Shown: positions 13,862 to 26,025 of the stretch, piece by piece
Numbering within the stretch: the first letter of the stretch is position 1
Layout: each line of letters starts with the position of its first letter
NCBI GenBank assembly: GCA_010405405.1
Contig: MU004230.1
Location: 4,296,282-4,360,281 of the forward strand
Source: Microthyrium microscopicum
Lineage: Eukaryota
Reading direction: 5' to 3'
DNA length: 64,000 nucleotides
Translations under genes and position numbers: made by a program
The notes under the pieces: model-generated
Seen by the model: the letters and a program-made list of their open reading frames with translations, nothing else
Databases searched by the model: none
What the model was told of the DNA's origin: nothing

Positions 13862-15720
13862 ATGCCAACCCCTCCGTCTTCTTCGCCGTAGCCTTCTCTT
13901 ACGTAGTTAAGTAGCTCGTTTAGCGAGATTATTAATCTAGATCATCCTAACTATATCTATATATATACTAACTCCGATTAGTTCCACGATATACTGCTAG
14001 GTGTAGCAATTAAGATTTATAATTGCCTAACGCTAAGCTAAATATAATAGTAAACTAAACAGATTATGCCGCAACCAAGGCTTGAAGCTATAAAGGACTT
14101 CGCGATGTAGTGGTAGCTAGATACTATGTCCATTTTGCTAGCCATAGCTCGTAAATTAGAATAGTATATAATAGCGATAGCGCATAACGACGAGCAATTA
14201 TTAAAGTAAAGAAGCAGCTAGTTTACAATCCAATTTAATATCATTACTTAGTAGATTAATTAATACGTATTAAACTATTTAGTGCCTATCTAATTGCCCC
14301 TGCTTAAAGCTAAGAATAATAATATAGGCTACTAATTATACTAGCGTTGGTAATGTTCTTAACGCCGATTTAGTTGACGTAGAGCCCTTAGCGAACCTAC
14401 TGTTATATCCTTAGTAGTGTGAGCCTTCTTACTATTCCCGCCTAAAGTAGTATTATTTAATATCGTAGTAAGCGGCTGGCGTTAAGAAGCCCTAAAGCTT
14501 TATACTTATAGTCTTATAATATAAGGCTAACAAGCAATGCATATATAGTCCGACTATACCTCTAGACTCTGCAAAGGCGATTTAGGTAGCTTAAAAGTTA
14601 GTTATCTTAATAAGGTATAAGTAGAAACTATATAATATATTAGCAAAGAATAACGTAGCCTATAAATATAATATCTGCTTACGAAATGTTAATACTATAT
14701 TATCTTATAGTCGCTTGTGACTCTATTATGGTATTATAAGACTCTTAGTACATAGATCCTAGATACTAATGCTAACTAGTACTTAGGAATAACTAATTAT
14801 GTTAGTATATAAAGGAATCCTATTAGGAGGATATATAGTAAGCATAAGCTAAGCGATTAGTAGTAGCCTAGGGTATAGCATAACTTGCTAGTTGACAATT
14901 AGTAAGTAGATCTATAGGTTAAAGATGACGAAGTATTATGAAGTTTACGCGATTATATAGTCTTATATCCTATAGTAATAAACGCTATAAAGAATTCTGA
15001 GTAAGAAACAAGGCGTAAAGGGACTCTAAGGGAATAAGAAACTCTAAACGATGCTGCTAAAAGTAATATAAGAATAATTATATAAAAATAGTATAATAAT
15101 AATATAGGAATAATGGTATAAAGAAAGTACAAATAGTATAAGAATAAAATAATAATAATATAAGAAACACTATATAAATATGCTTCGTAAAAATATACTC
15201 TAAGTAAAAACTCTATAAAACTCTATAAGACTTTATGCTAATAAATACTAAATAAAAATACTAACTATTAAGATTAAACTCTACCTCGACGAGGCGCTTA
15301 GCGACGCTCTTAAGGGTAGCGACTAGCTTCTTAGAGGTAGAAGCCGACGTAATTACTATAAGCTAGAAGAAATCTTCCGAGCAAAGAAGGTTGAAAATTT
15401 CTTTTCGATACGCTAGAATATCTTAGTAGTCTAATATTACGTCCTTAGACGTATTTACTAAAGCTAAATTTGCTTTAATAGACTCTTTTTTAGCCGTGAG
15501 CTTGGCTTAGCGCTAACGTACTGCTAGAATACCTAGCTAGATAAACTGTTCTATAATAGTATTAGTATATATGTATAATCTAGAGCAATAGTTATAATAT
15601 ACCTAAGTACTAAGCTTTTCTAAGCTTAGAGGACTTTTCTAAGTCTAAGTACTCTTTTATAAAGTTGAAGAGCTATAAAAAGGACGTAAAAGAGTAGTCT
15701 AACTAAAGTTAAGTTTTAAT
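13862..15720 (+). pseudogene. RIPed second large ORF of the CACTA element (divergent from transposase)
   Basis: ATG at 13862 (MPTPPSSSP*PS...) and long protein-like stretches (NYTSVGNVLNAD; GRSRRNYYKLEEIFRAKKVENFFSIR) broken by RIP-type TAA/TAG stops. End approximate. Confidence 0.5.
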
Positions 15721-15852
15721 AGCATTGTCAGACAAACTAAGATCTTACAAAACTATACGATCTTTTATATAGCTCGCGATATAAGTCTACTTTATATTAG
15801 TATATAGTCTTATAATCCTAATCGTATGATTAAAGTAGTAATTTAATAATTG

Positions 15853-15965
15853 TTACGTATATATATATATCTATTTATTTAATAAGAAATTTAATAACTA
15901 ATTACATAGACTGTTAGATAGATTGTTGAATATATTATTAAATAAATAGATATATATATACGTAA
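15853..15965. repeat. Short inverted repeat/hairpin inside the CACTA element
   Basis: TTACG(TA)nTCTATTTATTTAATAA at 15853-15885 and its reverse complement at 15935-15965. The arms differ by one TA unit. Confidence 0.75.
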
Positions 15966-16129
15966 TAAGTATTAAAATAAATAAAACTTTGGAATAGTAT
16001 ATAACTTACGTAAAAGTTAGAGATAGTACGACTCTTAAAATTCCGTATATTTCTAAGATATAAATTATACGCACGCACGCGAGCTAGTCCCTACACACTA
16101 TACTCTAAAGTAGGCTAGAGCTCTTCTAC

Positions 16130-17081
16130 AACCTATTCTATAAACTAGTTACTGTAAAAAATAAAGGAATAGAAGCGCTTAGCTTGCCTTAAAGCTACCT
16201 CCTTCTTAGTCGCACGAGACGTAGAGTTAACCTTTAGTACCTTAGAGGCCTCTCTAGTTAACCCTAAAGACTAATTGTCCTAAGTGACTTTTAAGAGCTT
16301 AGCGGTAATGGTTTAGGCTATGGCGGCCGCTTTCTTAGTAGTAAAAGTAGTAGTAGTAGTAATAGTAGTAAGCGCTTTATTATTTAGTATAGTAGTAGTA
16401 GCTTTAGTAGCCTCTTTAGTGGCTTTTTAAGCAGTAGTAGCAGTAGACTCTAAATCTTTATACGCGATATCGTTACGCTTACGCTTCTCCGTTACTCTAA
16501 GGGCGCTAGTTATACCTATAGCAAGGGATTTATGAAGCTTAGCTTTGTTTTTCTACTCTACTAGTTAGTACGGCTTATTAATATTAATTAGGTATAATAA
16601 AATTAAAAAGAAGATTTAGTAGAAAGTGATATATTAATTAAGAAGAACATAAACTTAGTACACATGCCTAGTAGTAAATCTTAGTAGTAATGCTAATTAC
16701 TATAAGGCTATACTTAGAGATAATAGATAGACTAGAAGCATCGTATGTAATAAGTATAGATCTTCTTGCTATATTACATACCGATTCTAAAATACAAAGT
16801 GCTTAAAATAATAAGCTATAAATATATAATTATAGAATTGGATATAATTAGACGAAGAAGAAAAGGATAAACAATCTAGTATTTAGAAAGAACTATATAC
16901 TTATAATAGCTAAGAGCGACGCGGCTATATACGGATTACGCGTATAGGAGGAGGAAAGGGTAGTAGCCTAGAGGATGGTAGGCACTGTGTTGGTAGAAGA
17001 GGGCAGGTTATTAGTAGAAAGAGTAGGTTAGCTATTCTGGCTATTCTGGCTACTAAGGGCGGTAAGCTTAGTAGACGACAT
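16130..17081 (-). pseudogene. RIPed ORF relic (Ser/Thr-rich N-terminus, possible Cys cluster, Ala/Lys-rich C-terminus)
   Basis: ATG at 17081 (MSSTKLTALSSQNSQNS*P...), intron-like gaps, then KNKAKLHKSLA...EKRKRND...KKAAAIA. The ACT runs are likely RIPed GCT codons. Confidence 0.5.
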
Positions 17082-18042
17082 AATAAGTAAAATTAAATTT
17101 TTTAAAGTTACAAAATTCAATTTGACGTGGCCTAAGATTTTGAGGTAAAGTCGTGATCGTATCTTAAGGTAGAAAGGTAGACGCGAGACTGACGCTAAGC
17201 CTCCTAATTAAATCGCACTAACCTAAAACGCCCTAAATATACTAAAATTGCTAGGACGCTTTATTTATAGGACGCTTTAATAAGTAAGCATCCTATTATA
17301 GTATTAATAGTAAACGTTAATATTTTATACAGATATGCTATAAATCGTATAGCGAAGATATATTTATACGTTGAACGTCTCAAGTTTGAATTATCTTAGT
17401 ATAATATAATATCTGTACGTCTCTATTATAAACCGTTCCTTTTAACTATTATATTACTACGCTTTCTTATTTAAACCGTACTGAGATAATAGTTTGCTTA
17501 TACTGCTTATAGCGCTAAGACGTCCCTCGCGCTAATTATCTCAATACGGGTTCTATAATAAACTATAAATACGGTCTACGTCCTAAATTCGTTACTATTC
17601 TTTATTTTAACCGTACTAATACGCTAGTGAACTTAAAGCCGTCCTAGGACGATTTAAAATGCCCCCGATATCCGCTAGTGCTTGCTGTGCTGGCCATTGC
17701 CCTCAAAATATTGATTAAACACCCATCAAAGACCACTACTCCTCCAGCAGTGCCCTCAACTCCCTGTATTTACTCGACCTAATTTCGGAACCGAACTACA
17801 AGTCTACAACAACACAAACAGCTGCCAGCGCCTCTTTATATAGGGGGTTACTGTTGCTTTGTTCTGGTTGCGCCTTTCGCTCGAGGCTGAGCGAGAGCCC
17901 TTTTCTCTCCCTTCCTTTCCTCTAAATATTACGTACTACCCGCCAGGTAAGAACGCCATCCCCTTGCTTCGTTGTTCCTCCCATCGTGTATGCGGAATGT
18001 GCTGTCGCCAGTCACGCATGCTAACCAATGCTCGGTTCCAGA

Positions 18043-21000
18043 ATGTCCGCTCAATCCTCACCACAACGTCGCGCCGACGCTCATACTCCCCGGCATCGAC
18101 TGCAAGACGAAGAATCACACGGCTACTATTCCTCCCCAGTATCGATTGCAAATTCCCCACAAACATTTGCTACAGACCATACCCGTAATACATCCACAAA
18201 CTCTCCTTCCCGCTACGACGAGCGACATAATCTAATGCCGGTCGGAGGCGAGCTCGGCCGCAAGAAAAGTCTTGTTCGGCACGATCGTCGCCCTCAACAC
18301 GATTCGAATCAACGCGATTATCATTATCGCCAACATGCACAGGGTAGAGATGTACACCCAAGTTCGACGGGGGTGGATCCCACAGCCGACGACGAGACGA
18401 TTACCTCAAGTCCCCCTTTACGAGAAAAAGGCTACGTGGATCGACGCGGATCGAAACTTCAGCGAAATCCGACAGTAACTACAAAGCGTAAGGCGCAAGA
18501 GCTACAACGGAGGCGAGAACGTGCTGCTGTCGTACCTTTGAGCCCGTGGGTTGCCTATTGCAGAATCGTCACGTTCTGGTGTCCTGATGTATTACTGCGC
18601 TGCTTTGGCATGCCAGCGAAACCACAACAACGCGCTTGGCGAGAAAAGATGGGACTTATAAGTCTTATTGTTTTCGTCTGCGCATTTGTTGGTTATCTCA
18701 CATTTGGCTTTACACAAACCGTCTGTCCACCAGGAGCTTCTCAGCGGCTACAAACAAATCATGTTGGTGGTGGATACATGATTTTCCAAGGTCAAGCTTA
18801 TAATCTGGCTGGCTCGCATCATCCTCTCGCTAGAGGCGTTCAAGATGGCGCTAATGTGGTCTATGATCTTCCTTATGGCGGATACGATGGCAGCTTTCTG
18901 TTCCAACAAGTAAATGGTGCTTGCAAGGGCCTCATTACGAAACAATCAACTTCAAGTCAGCCTGCTGATGCCAATGGAGACCTAGCTTGGTACTTCCCTT
19001 GCGTTCTGGTCAAGCAGGATGGTTCTTCGAAAGCGAATTTCACCACTCCTCTCTATAATGGGTTCCAATGCCATACTTCCAAGGACGCTCGACAAACATT
19101 TTACAACTTGGATAGCTTTGGTGATGTCTATTTCACCTGGGCTGATGTACGGAACACTTCCCGCAATTTGATGGTGTATGGAAGTGATGTTGTCGATCTC
19201 AATTATTTGACCTGGTTCAACACCACCGACGTTGCATATCCGAAGGAGTTTGATGAGATAAGAACCAACAGCGCCCTTCGCGGCAAAGACGTTACTGCCG
19301 CCTTTACCACGACACGGGAACGCCAAATCGGAAAATGTCTTACTCAAATTGCCCGTGTAGGGTCTGTAGACACTGCTACTATTGGTTGCATTGCCTCCAA
19401 AGTTGTCCTTTACGTCTCCTTGGTTTTCATTCTTGCCATTGTTATGAGCAAGTTTTTCCTTGCCCTTGCATATCAATGGTTCATATCACCTAGATATGGA
19501 GCAGCCAAAACTCAATATGGAAAACAGAGCAAGAAGGACCGCGCACAACAGATTGAAGAGTGGTCGGACGATATCTACAGAGCTGCTCCCCCCAAGATTC
19601 AGGATCCAGCTGCCGTTGGAAGTGACCGTGGCAGCAAACGTGGAAGTGTCTTGTTCCCTCGCACTTCTCGATTCACATCACCATACCAGATTGATCAGTC
19701 ATTTTCCAAAGGCAGACATGGACCTACAACCATGGCAAATCAGAGCACCAACTCTCGCGTTACCAGTCAAATGTATCAGAGTGGAGGAAACGGAAGCGCA
19801 AACCGAAGTCAAGCTACTCTAGACAAAGGTCGACCATCCACAATGATTGAGAGTAGAGCAAGCGTAATGGTTACTGGAATGGACGAAGAAGGCCCAGCTG
19901 GCTTTATCCACGACAAGGTTGTTCCTCAACCACCACCAGAGTTTCAACCATTCGGCTATCCACTTGTTCACGCAATCTGCTTGGTTACCGCCTATTCTGA
20001 AGGATACGAAGGTGTTCGCACAACTCTCGATTCTGTTGCTCGCACGGAATATCCCAACAGTCATAAGATTATCCTCATTATTTGTGATGGTATTGTTAAA
20101 GGTGCTGGTGAAAAGTTCAGTACCCCTGAAATCTGTCTATCGATGATGAAGGACAATATCACACCAGTGGACCATGTTCAAGCATATTCATATGTTGCAG
20201 TCGCCAGTGGCTCTAAACGACACAACATGGCAAAGATTCATTCCGGTTTCTACGACTACGGCGAGGACTCGCGCATCCCACTTGAAGATCAGAAGCGTGT
20301 TCCAATGATGATTATTGAGAAATGTGGTACTGAGGACGAGGCAAGATCTGGAAAACCTGGAAATCGTGGCAAGCGTGATAGTCAAATCATCCTCATGTCT
20401 TTCTTGCAAAAGGTCATGTTCGACGAACGAATGACCGAACTCGAATTCGAAATGTTTAACGGTATCTGGAAGGTTACTGGAATATCGCCAGACTTTTACG
20501 AAGTATGCCTTATGGTTGACGCCGATACCAAAGTCTTCCCGGATTCCTTGACGCATATGATATCTGCAATGGTCAAGGATCCTGAAATCATGGGTCTCTG
20601 TGGTGAAACCAAGATCGCCAACAAACGTGGAAGCTGGGTCACGATGATTCAAGTCTTTGAGTACTTCATCTCTCATCATCTCTCCAAATCTTTCGAATCT
20701 GTCTTTGGTGGTGTTACCTGCTTACCTGGATGTTTCTGCATGTACCGAATCAAAGCCCCCAAGGGCGCGCAAAACTACTGGGTTCCTATTCTCGCCAATC
20801 CGGATGTGGTCGAACACTACTCGGAAAATGTCGTTGATACGCTGCACAAGAAGAACTTGCTACTTCTAGGAGAGGATCGTTACCTATCCACGCTTATGCT
20901 CAAGACCTTCCCCAAGCGGAAACAAATCTTTGTTCCCCAAGCAGTCTGCAAAACGACCGTTCCAGAACAATTTCGCGTGCTTCTATCACAACGCCGTCGC

Positions 21001-21617
21001 TGGATCAACAGTACCGTTCACAACCTCATGGAGCTCGTGCTCGTACGAGATCTCTGCGGCACCTTCTGCTTCAGTATGCAGTTTGTAGTCTTTATAGAGT
21101 TGGTTGGCACACTTGTCCTTCCAGCAGCCATCACCTTCACTGTCTACCTCATCGTCATTGCAATACTTTCCGCAATACAGCATACACCAGCTCCGATTAT
21201 CCCACTGGTGCTCTTAGCGCTCATTCTAGGTCTCCCAGCCGTTCTCATCGTCGTCACCGCACACCGCTGGTCCTATGTCGGCTGGATGTTGATCTACCTG
21301 CTATCTCTACCAGTATGGAATTTTATCCTACCTACCTACGCCTACTGGAAATTCGACGACTTCTCATGGGGTGAGACGCGCAAAACGCAGGCGGAGAAGA
21401 CGAAGCAGGGCGGTTATGAATATGAAGGAGAATTCGACAGCAGCAAGATCACCATGAAGCGCTGGCATGATTTCGAAAAGGGTAAGTTCCACCATCATCC
21501 TCCAACCACATAACACCATCTAACAAAAAAATAGAACGCCGAATGAATCAATCAACCGGCTGGTCTCAAGCTCAAACCTCAATGGTCAACTGGCCACCCC
21601 ATGGCTACGAGCAGTGA
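18043..21617 (+). CDS. chs4: Chitin synthase, class IV (yeast Chs3 / Neurospora CHS-4 type)
   Basis: AWREK, cytochrome-b5-like region, [43 protein letters not shown] and DDFSWG motifs; no myosin motor. 5'-UTR intron 17947-18041 and last intron 21482-21534. Confidence 0.95.
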
Positions 21618-22328
21618 TCACAGCCTTCTCATCGCTACCATCTTCTTCTTCATCATCATACAGCATAGCAGCATTCCCCTTCACGATCCAGAGCATTCAA
21701 AAAATCACCACGCATATACCCCTACACAACCACTTCCTTCATCTCCACAAACAAAAATCATATCAACGCCTGTCAACGCCTCATTCTGATTCATATGTGC
21801 ATATATATTGCATTGCGTGTTTAAAGCTTTATCCGGATCAACATTATAACCTCTTATTCTTTGGCGTGCATGGCTCTTTTCCATAAGGCAATGGAAAGTT
21901 GGAGGCGTGGTTGGGGTTTTTTGGGGCATTAATAGCTTACGCTTTTGAGTTTTTTGTCTTTTTGGATGCGTGGTGCTTAGAGCATGGGATAGAAGTATTA
22001 TTTGGCCTGTAGGGGTCTTTGAGTATATAATTAATCGGTTTTGTTACCTATCTATCTTTATATCGTTCGTTTGTAGTTCATGTGTGATAGTCTGATGGAG
22101 TTCTGCATTACTTGGCTTCTTTTTCGGGAGTGAAACTTGTCTGCGTCAGCTTCAGAGGTTATGTGTATAATTTCCTTTGATGGTTTGAATGCTATTCTAG
22201 CTTTGAATCTGTCCGACCATGGCCCGCTGGCCTTATCGATATAACATGCTATTTCACTGTAAATGTTCTATTTTAGGTCATTGGAGCGCGAGAATATACA
22301 GGGTGGATTGATGGATGAGATGCAAAGC

Positions 22329-25128
22329 TCAGGTATAATAACGATCTGGTAGTGGAAGTCGGACTGTGAATGATGTGAAACAACAGTGTCCATCTACTTG
22401 TCCATTTTGAGCTTCCAGGTCGTCGTTGGGTAATGTGATGGTATTGTTTTGGCTGGTTTTTGGCGGAGTGTTTGGGGAGGTTGTGGTGTTTGGTGGTATT
22501 GTAATTGTCAGTTCGTCGGGGGTGCTGTTAGGTTGACTCGCGTGGCTTTCTGGAGGAATTGTAGTCTCCTCGGGTGCAGTGCTTGGTTCTGGGATTTCGT
22601 CATTGTTCTGAGAGAGTTGATTTGGTCTTTCACAGATTTGCTCTTGTCTTGCATCTGGTGAAGTTGGGCGTATATCTTGCGTTCCTGACTCGTTATTGAG
22701 CTCGTTATTGTTGTGTTCCGATAATGTACTTTCTACAATTTGGATCAAAGTATCGTTCGACACAGATTCCGTGTCCTCGTGGGAAACGTCCGGGCCGTCG
22801 TGCGAAGTAGTGCCTGCAAGATCATGCAATGTACTGGCAGAATCACCTTGTAAGACACTACCACTGTCAATTCCACCCGACGATTGCGATTGTGCCTGGT
22901 TGTCGTGTTCGTGGACGTCAATTACTCCCCACTGTACAGGTTGATAAGCAGCGCCTGTATCATCTGCAGGTCTATGGCATGCGGCGCTTATGACAGCACT
23001 GCACGTAGCTCCAAGAGGCATGTAGCCCGGATGTTTCTTGAAACCTATCAAGAACACAGTGCCAACAGTGATGAAGCTCAAGACGACAGTGAGAATGAGC
23101 GCTATACCACTCGTCTGCAGAAATGGATCTCCATCCTCAAAACTGTTCAATCGATAAGTTTCAATAACTTCCAGCGATAACCCTTGTGACAACATCCAAT
23201 GACAAGCAAAGAACAGTATCTGTATCGGAACTCCATAACGGTACGGAATTGCAAGAAAATACGTAGAACGCTGTTTTCCTGTAGGAAAGGATACCCGTAG
23301 AGGTTTCTTTTTAGTGGCATAGCTCTGCCATTCTGCTTCGACGAAAATGTAGCTGAGCAGTGAGTTCAGCAGGATGTATACGCCTGACAAAATCAACTGC
23401 CAGACATTGGCAAAGAAGATGATGGCGTAAAGAGCGGGTGTTCGAGAACCGGTTTGCAAGTTGAGTTGCAGTTCGGCGAATCCTTTATCGTCGATTTTGC
23501 CGAAGCCCATTTTTGTAAAGTGGCCAGTGGAACCAGCGCGTGATGAGACTACTTTTTGATTTGAAACGATCAAGCCGATAGCAGCGACAATGAGGCAGAT
23601 GTATAAAGAATATGTCACAAGCCAACGGCGAAACGAGGCTGCTCGGAAATATAGCTTGGGACGCGCGCTCCATGGTCGAAAGGCTTGGGAAGACCATACT
23701 GATCGAGTGGACTGGATTGTCTTCTTGTCGAGTAAGGAAAGGCTCTTGGTTTCATCGTCGACATCTGTGAGAAATGAAGCCAAAGCATCGCCCAATACCG
23801 TAATCGGTTCTCTCTTCCCTTGGACTTTTGCATACCTCATGGCGGTATAAAGTATCACGGTGCATTTGCAGAAGTTTGCGACGCAAACAGCAATCATTAT
23901 CTGTGGGGAGAATCTGACTGCGCACTTGTTGTCAAGATTGATTTCGCGTATGAAGCATCGATCGACTCGCCATCCAAGTATGTTCCAGTCCTTGATGATG
24001 GAAGGGTCCTTTTCCCATGCAGACTGATCTCCACCTGAAGACAGTATTAGTTCATAAAATGTTCAAACAGAAAATTGAGCAAACTTAAAGTCAAAGCTGT
24101 GGGTCGAGCCACAAAGCCATTGGTAATCGTTCCAGAAGTCAAACACCATTTCGATATGAAGCCATTTTACGAACAGAAGAGGGTTCGTAGCATTGGACAC
24201 GGAAGTTTCAAGCCCGGAAAGGTAGTCATAACTAGTTTGAAAGATGACATTCGAGCTGTTGCTGAAAGGGTCGCTGTATGTGTTGAGGCATTCGAGAGCG
24301 CTAACGTTTCGGACAAAAACTCCAGATGTATACTGGTCTGTCAAGTTGCCGCATTTGTTATCCCCACATCGGTCTGCATTGTATCCATACTCATATGCAT
24401 CAATCGGCTGAGAGACGAGCTTCTTATGAACAGCTGGTGATACTTCTAGTCCTGTCATGTTTTGGCGTGCTCTCCAGTCCCAAGCGACTACCGATTTACC
24501 TACATTCATCTGCTGGCCTTCGAAGAACCCGGGAGTTACAACGTAAAAAGCGTGCTGGTTAGCTGGATTTGTGTTGTAAACAGCTGAATTGTAACTACAA
24601 GATGATTTATTAGAAGAGCATATATCAGAATTAAGTTATACATACAGCAAATGTAGCGGAACTGCAGTGAAAGCAAGTAGAAGCCATGCCAATTTGCGAC
24701 CATAATCAACATGCCAGAAGTTTCTGATACTAGGAAAGCCAATATCAAGCCAGCGCTGCTTTTTGTGAGCTTTATCAATCTCTGCTCTAGTGGGGGCCAG
24801 CAGCATTTGCATGCAAAGGTTGGATACTGAAAGTAGAATTGTAGATAGAGCATTGATGACTATGTGCACGATACTGTTTATGCGATTTGCCGCTGAACAG
24901 CTCCCCAAAGTAGATAGGGGGATCAGCGAAGTAGAGCGAGGTCGAAGGTTTCTGTGAAGCAGTGTATTTGATCTGGGAGAAGGTAATGGTCGCGATGAGA
25001 TTTGCCAGAAATATGAGAATCGAAATCACGCAACATGCATATAGCAGGGTCTTACGCTTCACGTCCATGAGCTGCGAAAGGAAAGACGTGAGCTGAAATA
25101 GGGAACTCATATTGCAACCAGTACCCAT
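22329..25128 (-). pseudogene. DUF6536-like fungal multi-TM membrane protein, apparently disrupted
   Basis: Family motifs HIVINALSTILL..SNLCMQ.L.APTR.EIDKAH...WLDIG, VPLHLLYNS, LGDALASFL, LRVS.P.G.QRSTYFL.IPYRY and CSAVISAACH. +1 frameshift at 24903-24906, and the intron at 24035-24088 begins TTAAGT. 5' end unresolved. Confidence 0.7.
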
Positions 25129-26025
25129 TCCTCCCCCTAAGAGTCATGTCAAAAGATGTGAAGAATTTAAGAATAAGGAAGAGGAAGAGAAGATGCGGCC
25201 TCCGGGACATTTTGACAAGAATATATTCATGCAAGTTGTAAACCAGTTATCGCATCAGGCTGAGGCTCATTCTGCACCTGCAGCGCACAGCCTCCTCGAG
25301 CTCGATACTCGGCGTAGTAGATGCAGATCGAGGCTTCATCGCCTTCTCCTCGTTCTTTTCACGGACCGGCTATCCTTTGATGGATTTTCACGCTCCTTAT
25401 GGCCGCCACGCGATGTTTTGTTGACCGGGCAGACTCGTGATGGCATTGGTGTTGATGTTGAGTGTTGCGTTAGTCTTGATGGGGACTAGCACCTTCCCCT
25501 GAGCTCCCTGCCTCCTTACCTTGCGTCTTCCTCTTTTTCCTTCTTTCTTTTAGTTCGTAGGTCATTGAATTCTATTGAAGCGTGAATTGGCTCAATTACG
25601 TCCCCACACTGCCGACTGATGTCTAATCGCGAAGTCCATCGCACTGCTGCTTGTTGGTAGAGTATCTCTTAAGGGATATCCAAGACTCGACGTCTGTCAC
25701 ACTGTCACTCTCCACTGTTCTCCAACCACTTCAAAATGATCCTTATTACTCTGGAATACAAAGAAAGCCCCCATTATTGATAAGAAATTTCGATAAGGTT
25801 GGAGGTGAACATGCAAGTCTGTAGGCTAATGTTTTGAGCTTGATAGATTTGTAATGGACATATCCAGCGGCATCGGTAAGACGTAATATTCGTATATTTG
25901 TCGTTATACAACGACATCCAGGAACCATGAAATCAGTCATTTGTACGCGTATAATGGCCTACAAATGATCGACGAGGTAGCTCAATCAATTTCCAAGAAT
26001 ACATCCAAGTTGAGCAATTTCCAAA

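Larger units (their letters stand above)
5771..17680. mobile_element. Full-length RIP-inactivated CACTA/CMC (En/Spm-like) DNA transposon, 11.9 kb
   Basis: TIRs start CACTAG at 5771 and end CTAGTG at 17680, flanked by CT (5769-5770 and 17681-17682). Subterminal (G)GACG/CGTC(C) repeats at both ends. Strong TpA enrichment and loss of ORFs between the TIRs. Transposase relic inside. Confidence 0.9.

Noticed and set aside
16259..16267. TAACCCTAA, resembling a telomerase RNA template or telomere repeat
   Set aside because: Single occurrence inside a RIPed ORF relic; chance match.
5771..17680. LTR retrotransposon or Starship interpretation of the AT-rich block
   Set aside because: The ends are inverted CACTA repeats, and no LTRs, RT/integrase or tyrosine-recombinase motifs were recognised; a DDE transposase relic is present instead.
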